DNA from: Narcine bancroftii
Lineage: Eukaryota
Reading direction: 5' to 3'
DNA length: 64,000 nt
Assembly (NCBI RefSeq): GCF_036971445.1
Contig: NC_091473.1
Coordinates: 185,194,001 to 185,258,000, forward strand
Part shown: piece by piece, positions 37,449 through 47,572 of the stretch
Layout: each line of letters starts with the position of its first letter
Position numbering within the stretch: the stretch's first letter is position 1
Made by a program: the position numbers and the translations under genes
The notes under the pieces: generated by a model
The model's input: the letters and a program-made list of their open reading frames with translations, nothing else
Databases searched by the model: none
What the model was told of the DNA's origin: nothing

Positions 37449-39709
37449 GGCATAAATGGCGTCTGAAACAAGAGTTTACAGCACAATCGCGTGATCTGTC
37501 CAGTTTCGCAGTGTTTGCTGCACCTACAGTGTAGAGCAAACTCCTCTACTCGCTCTATACACATGACTTTGTGTCCAGGCGAAATTCAAATTCAAGCTGA
37601 AAATTTGCCGACGGCGACACGTTGTCTGCAGCATTACAAACAGTGACGAGGAAGCCAATCAGAGGGAAATAGGTCAGCTAGGTGACTGTAGTGAAAACAC
37701 ATAGAGTTGCTGGAGGAACACGGCCATTCTCTCAGCGTCCATAGCAGNNNNNNNNNNNNNNNNNNNNNNNNNNNNNNNNNNNNNNNNNNNNNNNNNNNNN
37801 NNNNNNNNNNNNNNNNNNNNNNNNNNNNNNNNNNNNNNNNNNNNNNNNNNNNNNNNNNNNNNNNNNNNNNNNNNNNNNNNNNNNNNNNNNNNNNNNNNNN
37901 NNNNNNNNNNNNNNNNNNNNNNNNNNNNNNNNNNNNNNNNCCCTTCCTCCAGCATTTGTGTGTTTTACAGCAGGCTCGAAGTACCAAGTCCCACTCATGC
38001 TCTTATTTCGGATGTGCTTGTGATTTCATGGAAGGGTAGAATACATTGATACAATGTTCCACATTATTTGGCCTTGTTTGGGATGGGGAACGGAAGGAAA
38101 GTGGAGACAAACTGCAGTCAGCAAAATTGAGTCAAATCCCCAAATTGGGTGCGTCAATATTTCACCAAGGAAACTCCTTACATAGGCCTTGGCGGGACAG
38201 GAGATAAAGTGCTCAGTATTCTAAATGAGCATCGGGGTTTCCCCAGTTTGGGCGGGGGCTATTACAGTAGGCGGCCAGTCAAAGGCACCTGCAGATACGG
38301 TGAAGAGCGGGGTGGACAGCCCCCCTCCGCAGAGTTCAAAATATCCCTCGCAGCAGCTCCTCGAGGATTCGTGGATGGAAGCAGGTCAAAATGTGTGGGC
38401 AGCGGCGAGGAACCGTCACCGAAAGCATCTGAAGCAGACGGGGAGTCACCGTGAAAAGAACTCAGAGCTGGTATTTCTTATACAAAAGGTGAATAGATAT
38501 ATGAGAAGTCAGGGAAAGATGACGAAGCGTGAATGGGGAGAGACATAGTGACAATTGACGTGAGTGTGGAGCCGTGACCCGAGTAACCAATGGATTGGTC
38601 AGAATTGTTACATTGACCTGTGTTGCAGACATGGGATTTCCCACCATTGTGGGCAGAGCGTCAGGAACACATTGCCCCGATAAGCGGACATTTCGGCCCA
38701 CGAGTCCGTGCTGCCCAATTAACCTACGCCCCCGCTATGTTACGAACGGTGGGAGGAAACCGGAATCCCCAGTAAAAACCAACACAGACATGGGGTAAAT
38801 GTAGAAATAGTTACATACAACGTGATTTCGAATCCTGGTCCCGATCATTCGCGCTGTATAAAGTCATTGCTCTGATCACGCTATTTGGAATTTATGGGGT
38901 TAAAAATATCTTAAATTCTTTTTACAGTAATTTGAAATATCACACAGCATTTGTAATTGATTAACTGATAGATGATTTTTGCGCCCCTTGTGGGGTCTGT
39001 TGTGTGTGGGGGTTGGGATGGTGAAGGTAGTTCTGTTTAGTTTGTCTTCTTATTTGTTTTTATATGTATTTTAAATTATAAATAAAGTTTCCCAATAAAA
39101 TCGAGTCCTGGCGCTAACTGCTACACTAACCCATCCGCCCTTGTTTATCACTCCTGTTTCCTGCATAAATGCATTGGGATTATATTTTTTATTCCTTTGG
39201 ACTAAATGTTTCTGTTTTCAGTGACGACCAACTGGCTGATCAACTCCGCGTCCCCGTTTTCTGGGTTGGTTATACACCCAAGCAGCTGCTGCTTCGAACT
39301 GGTGACCGTGCTGTCGTTTTCCCAGTGGCCCAGTCCGGAGTAGATATTATGAAAGGTTAGAAATGGCCGGAATCCAAAAGGTTAAACTCGATTGTTTAAA
39401 TCTTGAACCAAACGAGCTTTATTATTTGTGGAGTTGAACGCGGACACACAAGAAATATTTTCATAATTCCCTTATAAGAATTTTACAAACATGACTATTG
39501 ATGCATTCATAATTACTATTCATGCTCTCCCATGACGGGCCAAATCAGTTATACGGTGGCACACAGATTAAAAATAACTCTCTCAAATTATTTGCTCAGC
39601 GTGTTGTTTCTCGCGTGACGGACTCCTGGTCTCAGTGGACTTTGCTTCTCTTGTATAAATGTGGGTTAAACGCCTCAGCGGTACCGCCTATCGCTGCTTC
39701 ACAAGGATC

Positions 39710-39779
39710 ATGGACTATCCAGCCATTTACCACATCGCAAGGATTTATTACCCGGTACTTGTCGCGGTTGGAATCCCTG
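39710..39779 (+). CDS. GPR139-like GPCR copy 5, coding exon 1 (MDYPAIYHIARIYYPVLVAVGIP + 1 nt)
   Basis: ATG at 39710, 70 nt, intact G|GTAAG donor, TATA-like TGTATAAA at 39652. Confidence 0.87.
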
Positions 39780-39804
39780 GTAAGACCCTTGTGTTGGCTA
39801 CGAT

Positions 39805-42800
39805 AAATACGGAATTTCTCAATATATATGCACCTAATGAGGAGGAACAAAATTTAAGGCAAGTAGTTTTTGATGATTGTTCATACACAAGGAAATATAT
39901 TCCTAGGAAGGGATTTTAACCTTAACTTGGATCCAATGTTGGGTAAAACTGGACAAAAGACTAGCAAAAACAATAAAGCAGCCAGATGTATGGTTAAATC
40001 AATGCAGAAAATGAAACTTATGGATATATGGAGGAGACGGCACGCAAGAGAGAAGGAACACTCATTTTATTTAAAAAGGCATAAAACATACTCTAGGATC
40101 GTTATGTTTTTGTTGTCAGCCCATATTAAAGGAAGAATTAGGAAAGCTGAATATAAAGCTAGATCATTCACCCCTGTTATTAGCAATAGAACTGGAGGAA
40201 ATCTCACCTTGAACATATAGATGGAGGTTAAACTCCATGCCACTTAAAAGGCAGGAATTTAAAGAGTTTATTGAATGACGAATTAAAACATATTTTGAAA
40301 TAAATACGGAATCAGTGAAAGAATAATTTATATTATGAGACGCAATAAAAGCCTTCGTAAGAAGGCAGATAATAAGGTACGTAACTAAGATTTTAAAAAA
40401 AGGACTACAATTGGGAAATAGAGCAGTTGAAAAGGGAGATAGTAACTACAGAAAAGAAACTGGTAAAAAGCGATGATGTCACAAAAGGGAGAGAATTGGG
40501 GACAAAAAAATGTACGAAACATTACAAATGTATAAGGTGGAGAAGAACATAATGAAAATAAACAAAAGTATTATGAACTAGGAGAAAAAAATCTCATAAA
40601 ATATTAGCTTGGCAGCTTAGAACAAGATTAAAATAAAACTCTATTGGCTTCAAGGAAAAAGGACAAACAAATTACATATAACCTAATAGACACTGATGAG
40701 AAATTTAATGAATTTTATGAATGAATATAACAAACTGAGAATGAGGGGAAAGATAATAGAGTAGAGGAGTTTTTATCAAAAATTTAACTGCCGAAATTGC
40801 AAGAAGAGAAACAAGACAAACTGAGAAAACCATTCGAAATAGAGAAAGTACAGGATATATTAAAATAGCTGCCGAACAACAAAACGCCTGGAGAGGATGG
40901 ATTCGCAATAGAATTCAATAAAACATTTAAAGAATTATTAATTCCTCCTCTCCTGGAAGTAATGAACCAGATGGAAGAAACACAAAACTTGTCAGATTCA
41001 TGTAAGACCGCAATAATTACAGTAATACCAAAGACGGGAAAGGATCCACTAACATCGGCATCATATAGACCAATATCTCTATTTAATTCAGATTATAAGA
41101 TAATTGCGAAATTTTTAGCAGACAGATTGGCCGATTGTGTAACAAAAATATTAAAAGAAGATCAAACTGTACTTATTAAGAAAAGATGAACAGCGGATAA
41201 TACCTGTAAATTTATTAATCTAATTCATGCTGTTCAAGGAAACAAGAAGCCAACAGTGGATGCAGAGAATGCCTTTGAGAGAGTAGAATGGAATTATTGA
41301 TTTAAAGTATTACAGAAGTTCAATGTACCAGAAAAAATATATTAATTGGATTAAACCATAATGGAACATTATGGAACATTGTCGAAGTTCACATTAAATG
41401 GATATGTATCAAACCAATTTAAATTAAGTAGGTCAACTAGACAGGGATATCCATTATCCCCTTCACTGTTCGCTTGAGCAATAGAACAATTGGCAGAACT
41501 GATAAGAACAGAAAATAGAAGAAAAGGGATTAAAATAAAGGAGAAAGAGTATAAAATCAGTTTATTTGCAGATCACATCATAGTATACTGAACAGAACCA
41601 GAAATATCAATAAAAGAATTACATAAGAAAGTGAACGAGTATGGAGAAATATTGTGGGACAAGATCAACGCAAATCAGAGTGAAGTGATGCCAATGAGAA
41701 ATACAGATTATACAGAATTTAAAAAAAGAATCACCATTTAAATGGCAAACACAAGCAATCCGATACCGAGGTATTAGGTTAGATCATAATGTAAGCCATC
41801 TGTACAAATTAAATTAGCAGCCAAAAATAAAGAAATTGCTGGAAGACTTAGAACATTGGAAAGAATTGCCGCTAAGGTTGATAGGGATGGTAAATTGCAT
41901 TAAAATGAATGTCGTAGCAAGGATAAAATACTTATTTCAATCATTACCATTTCCCTTAACAGAGATATTCTTTAATGAACTAAAGAGAATTATTTGGAAA
42001 TTCTTGTGGAAAGGAGGAAACGAGGATAGCATTGGATAAATTAACAGTGAGGTACAACAAAATTGGTTTGCAGTAACCAAACTTTAAAATTCATTATAGA
42101 GCAGCACAATTAAGGTATTTATGAGATTTTTACCAGGATGGACTAAGAGAGAGCTAGATAAATTGGGGGAGAATGTACCAGAACATATTCTTTATAAGTG
42201 AGATGAAAAGCTGGTACAATATATAAGCACGCCAGTACTGTATCATTTATTGAATATATGGAAGAAGATCCACTTAGAAAGGAAAAAAAAACAAACTACC
42301 AATTATCAAAATTAATATTGATGCAAAAGCAGCTAATCGCTTTTTCAATGGATAACATTTCCTTAAGAGAATTGGAGAGAAAATGAATCAAAAGAATAGA
42401 AATTTTGTTTTTGGGGAATAATTTATTAAAATTTGAACAGTTGAAGTGCAAATATGGAATAACACATGGTAACAGGTTTCCATATCATCGATTCAAAACT
42501 TATTTAAAAGATAAATTGGGCCACAGGCTCAGATTACCAGAAGAAAGTAGCTCTAAATATGTGATTTCAGGCACAATGATAATTAAAAGATTTATAAAGT
42601 GCATGTACATTAAGCTAGAATATAATGAAAATGATATAATGGATGCAGTGGATAGAGGGGAACAGGTTGATGTTGTATATTGGATTTACAGAAAGCATTT
42701 GATTAGGTGCAACACAAGAGGCTTATCAGTAAGTTACAGGAAAGTGGAGTCCGGGGAAGTATATTGGCCTGGATTGAAAATTGGTTGTCTGACAGGAGGC

Positions 42801-44717
42801 AGAGAGTCGGGATAAATGGGAGTTTTTCAGGTTGGCAGAGAGTGGTAAGTGGGGTGCCACAGGGGTCAGTGTTAGGCCCACAACTGTTCATCATTTACAT
42901 TGATGACTTGGAGGAGGGGACAAAATGTGGTGTAGCCAAGTTTGCGGATGACACCAAATTGAATGGAATAGCAAATTGTAATGAGGATGTGAAGAGTCTG
43001 CAGAGGGATATAGTTAAGCTGGATGAGTGAGCAAAGGTCTGACAGATGGAGTACACTGTTAGAAAGTGTGAGGTTATCCACTTTGGCAAGAAAAATAAAA
43101 GAGCTGAATATTATTTAAAGTGTGAAAAACTACTGCATGCTGTTGTGCAGAGGGACTTGGGAGTGCTTGTGCATGAATCGCAAAAAGTTAGGTTGCAGGT
43201 GCAGCAGGTTATTAAGAAGGCAAATGGAATGTTGTCCTTCATCGCTAGAGGAATTGAATTCAGGAGTAGGGAGGTAATGTTGCAACTGTATAAGGTACTG
43301 GTGAGACCACACCTGGAGTACTGTGTCCAGTTCTGTTCTCCATATTTGAGGAAGGATATACTGGCTTTAGAGACGGTCCAGAGGAGGTTTATTAGGTTGA
43401 TCCCTGGGATGAAGGGGTTGATTTATGATGAAAGATTAAATCATCTAATATTGTAATTGTTCGAGTTCAGAAGAATGAGAGGAGATCTCATAGAAACATA
43501 CAGGATTATGAAGGGTAAGGATAGGATAGATGTAGGAAGGTTTTTTGAGCTGGCCGGGGAAACTAAAACGAGAGGACACAGACTCAAGATTCGGGGGACT
43601 TTAGGACAGAAATGAGGAAAAATAATTTTTCCCAGAGAGTAGTTTGGAATTCTCTAACCAGGGAAGTGGTTGAGGCTGCCTCATTAAACATACTTAAAAT
43701 TCGGTTAGATAAATTTTTACATGATAGAGGAATTAGGGGATATGGGGAGAAGGCAGGTAGGTGGAGTTAGGTCATAAATTAGATCAGCCATGATCGTATT
43801 GAATGGTGGAGCAGGCTCGATGGGCCATTTTTTGGCCTACTCCTGTTCCTACTTTCTATGTTCCTATGTTCCTATACAAAAAATGAAACATGGAAAACGT
43901 TATGTTCTGGAACTATGAAACGTATAATAAACACAAGATTATGCATGAACGAGTCCAACTGGTTGCACAAGTTATAGAGCACGCCCCAAACGTTAGGGAA
44001 ATGGGATCCAACATTTTCAAATAGATGTTATCACTGAAAGAAGGAAATGGGAACAACAGTACATGCTATCTGGGCATGTGAGAAAGTGAAAATGTTTTGG
44101 GACGATCTAAATCAGATATTCAATAGAATCACACAATATAACATACCAAAAAATCCAGAGATCTTTCTTCTAAGTAATATAAGAATTAAAGAATTAGACC
44201 TCAAATTGAATAAAATGCAAAAAGATTCTATATGATAGCCTTAGCAGTAGCAAAAAAAAGTACAATGCCAACATGGAAAATGGAAGTCAGCCTGAAAGTA
44301 CAGCAATGGTACATGGAAATGAAAAAATGTATTCCATTGAATAAAAATAACATTATAATTTAAAAATTAAAGTCACATTATTTGAACAGATTTGGGAACC
44401 ATACATGGAATTTAACAGCGAGGGCTTACCTCGAACCTCACCCCCGAAAATGATAAGAAGACAAAACGACTTGATCCAGTGTGGAAAAGTAGATGACACA
44501 TTTTTCGTGTTTATTTTTCATTGTGGGATAACATTGTTTAATGGTTTTATTGTATGGAATACGTTGATTATTTATTGGTTTTGGAGGGTGTGGGAAGGGG
44601 GAAGGGAAGGTATGGGGCGAAGGTAGAAAATGCCACAGTGTATATTTAATGAGAAACGTTTGTATATATTTTGTTTGATATGGTTGACATTTTGAAAAAT
44701 AAAATAAAATACTTAAA
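39805..44717 (+). mobile_element. L1-clade LINE (decayed) in the intron of copy 5, interrupted by CR1
   Basis: LNIYAPN, RDFN, YSRI, KTPGEDGF and YRPISLFNSDYK motifs. Colinear with 30860-34280 and has the same 3' junction (..AGCCACAAATCTGGTCTCGG). Confidence 0.92.
42639..43875 (+). mobile_element. 5'-truncated CR1 (HER1-like) LINE nested in L1
   Basis: GVPQGSVLGPQLFIIYIDDL, KFADDTK and LYKVLVRPHLEYC. 3' UTR GATCAGCCATGATCGTATTGAATGGTGGAGCAGGCTCG and a TTCCTATG-repeat tail. Confidence 0.95.
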
Positions 44718-45047
44718 CAGCCACAAATCTGGTCTCGGTGACTGAGCTGATCAGTCCTTCACCGATCAGGTGTTCAGAGTCACCGATCTAAACTGCTCTC
44801 AGATCGCACTGCGATCCGCTGTTTTCATGCATCTGGGGTTTGAGGGAAATTGGGGGGGGGGGGGGAAAGCAGAGGGAAAGAATGAGTGAGAGAGAAAGTG
44901 CGCGGGTCCACTGCGTTCCCACTCTCTGATCCTCAGCCATCCTCGTCCTAAAGGGGGTCAGAGAAATTAAAATGATTTTGTGCACAAATATAAATTGAAA
45001 AGGAGCCGGGTTGGCGCGGTTTAACTGACTTTTTTGTGTCTTTACAG

Positions 45048-45925
45048 TTAATTTAATGGCGATTTTGATTCTATGGCGGAGGAATTGTGGTTTGTCACGG
45101 TGCATCACTCGCTACCTCGTCGGAATGGCGATGGCTGATTTAATGTGTGTGGTCATCGGGGTATTGCTGGAGCAGGTTAATAACATCTACATTTTTGCTC
45201 CGTATTTGCTCTTCACTCCAATCTGCACGCTGACCCTTGTCCTAAGGTTTGTAGCAATGGACTGTTCTGTCTGGTTGACGGTGGCTTTCACGTTCGATCG
45301 CTACGTCGCAATTTGTGGTGTGAGGCTGCGGGAGCGGTATTGCACCGAGCGAACGGCCACGGTTGTGATGGTAATTGTGACAATATGGGGTTGTGTGAGA
45401 TACGTTCCCTACGCCCTCGTAATAAAACCTTGGGTCGTCATTGACCACTTGCCGTGGCGCTGCGTTCCCAAAGCTGAATATTCGTCCTCAACCTTCTGGA
45501 GAATATACACGGTCTTCATCAGCGTCACTACACCTTTAGTGCCAATCGGCCTCATTGTATTGTTCAACGGTTTAACCGTCCGTCATATTGTTGCGGCAAA
45601 TGAAATACGTCGCATTCTCCGGAAAAACATTGTGAAGGAGACGGATCCGGAGGCGGGAAAACGCAGAAAGTCAATGGTTCTGTTGTTCTCTCTCTCTGCC
45701 AATTTTATTTTGTTGTGGATCCCCTATGTCGTGTTTCACTCAAAATGGCAAACTCAAAATTATTTTTACACAGACAGATATCGAAGTAACCCGACATATA
45801 TTCTGCAGCAATTTGCATACATGTTTCTATTTCTCAGTACCTGCACCAACACGTGCATCTACACTTTGTCCCAGAGGAGATTCAGGGAGGAACTGAAGAT
45901 TGCGGTGAAATATCTCTTTACGTGA
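45048..45925 (+). CDS. GPR139-like GPCR copy 5, coding exon 2 (intact; spliced product 315 aa)
   Basis: Acceptor TTTACAG|TT and an 878-nt open frame with DRY, WIP, NTCIY and RRFREEL. About 87% aa identity to copy 1 (38 differences in 286 aa, counted by eye). Confidence 0.93.
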
Positions 45926-46073
45926 AGGGGATCGCGTTGTATGTGAATATTCCGTTTAGTGCTCAAATAAATCTTACAAGTGATCTGCAGATTTGGAAGG
46001 AATGACCATTTCAAGCGCACATATTCACGTTATTGGACTTAAGATTCGAAACGAACTTCCGTTGATGTGTATG

Positions 46074-46173
46074 NNNNNNNNNNNNNNNNNNNNNNNNNNN
46101 NNNNNNNNNNNNNNNNNNNNNNNNNNNNNNNNNNNNNNNNNNNNNNNNNNNNNNNNNNNNNNNNNNNNNNNNN
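46074..46173. other. 100-N gap (likely scaffolding gap of unknown size)
   Basis: Exactly 100 N. The sequence after it is not homologous to the GPCR repeat unit. Confidence 0.75.
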
Positions 46174-46559
46174 TAAGGACAACATCTCCGCAGTCCTGCA
46201 CTGTGTGGCGGGGGTATGCTGGGGAACAGCCTCTTTTATATAGGGGCCTGTGTGGAGGGGGGTGGGGGCATAGGTACAGTCGGCCCAACCAGACAGTGCA
46301 TTTTATCTGTGGCATTTGTAGCCAAGAAAAGCACCTGTCCCTTGTGTGTCGTTATTTGTAGGCGCTGCTCTAAATTCGACTTGCCGTCATTTTCCATATG
46401 GGTGGAACAATGGTGCCCTCCACAAAGAGCTTCAAAACAGCTTATCCCTTCTTTCACAAACGTACACCCTTCTGTGACTGCATCACAAAATTTACACCTC
46501 GGTTTTGCAATTTAGCAAGACACAAAAGAAAAATATTTTACCTGATTAGTTTTTGGCAA

Positions 46560-47150
46560 AAAAAATCAAGCTGGATCACTTCACATTCCCGGGCATGAAC
46601 ATCTCCGATGATCTGTCCCGGAGCCTCCACGTCAATGCATATCACCAAGAAGGCCCGCCCAGCCGGTGCACCACGCATAGGCGCCTGAGGAAATTCGGTA
46701 GGTCTTGGGAAAACTTCTCCAGGCGCACCGCGGAGAGCTGGTGGCATCACCGTCTGGTGCGGAGGCCACAAGACTCATGAATTGGGCAAGTGCTGTTCAC
46801 CCAGCCTGCAATATCACGGGCAGCAGGCTCCACTCTGCCGGGGATGTCGGTGTCTTATAAAAGCAGCCTCGATCCTCAAGGACACCCCCCCCCCCCCCCA
46901 CTGCCCAGGCCATGCCCTCTCCCCTTTGCTCCCATCGTGGGGAAAGGCCCAGGAGCCTGAAGTTGGGCACAAGGACGGCTTCTTCCCCTCTGCCCTCAGA
47001 TTTAGGAATAAGCAATGACATGGCCTCACTTCTCATGCGCTATTATGTTTAAAATTTGTTTATTGTAATGCTGTAAGATGGTTATAATATGAATGTTTGG
47101 ACCATGATGCTGCCACAAAACTCCAAATTTCACGACAATAGATTCTGACA
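46560..47150 (+). mobile_element. Decayed Rex1-clade LINE 3' fragment
   Basis: F.F.G.NISDDLS.S.HV...TKKARQ-like and A.SILKD..HPGHAL...LPSG-like remnants, plus tail AATTTCACGACAATAGATTCTGA. Confidence 0.65.
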
Positions 47151-47572
47151 TGTCACTAATGCTAATGGGCCGGCTGGTGACGGCCAGTGGCCGCAGCCAA
47201 CGAATGCAGACATGGCACGTGTCCATTTCATTGGCCGCAGTTTCATTCCTTGTCACTAATAACTTACTGTCTTAGTGTGACTTTGTCCTTCAACATAATA
47301 GTAAGATTATTTTACCATTTTAGTTTTAATGGAGGGAAAATTCAAGTCGTACAAGTTATTGAAGATCCCACATTGAAGATTCTGAATAGGCTTTGAACCA
47401 TGGACACTTTCTCTTCTTTTTGCATTTATTTTTAAATGTAAATCTTAGCGATACCTGCACCATTACGCTGCCGCGAGACAATGGATTTCATGGCAATAAA
47501 TTCTGATTCTTCCAAAACTGGGAAGAAAATGGACAGCAGTACATTAACAAGAACATTTTTTTACAAATATAT

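Noticed and set aside
39659-39919. In-frame fusion of GPCR exon 1 to L1 endonuclease (…GIPGKTLVLATINTEFLNIYAPN…)
   Set aside because: Only arises if the intact donor is skipped, loses the L1 frame within about 15 codons, and has a 1-in-3 chance of being in frame.
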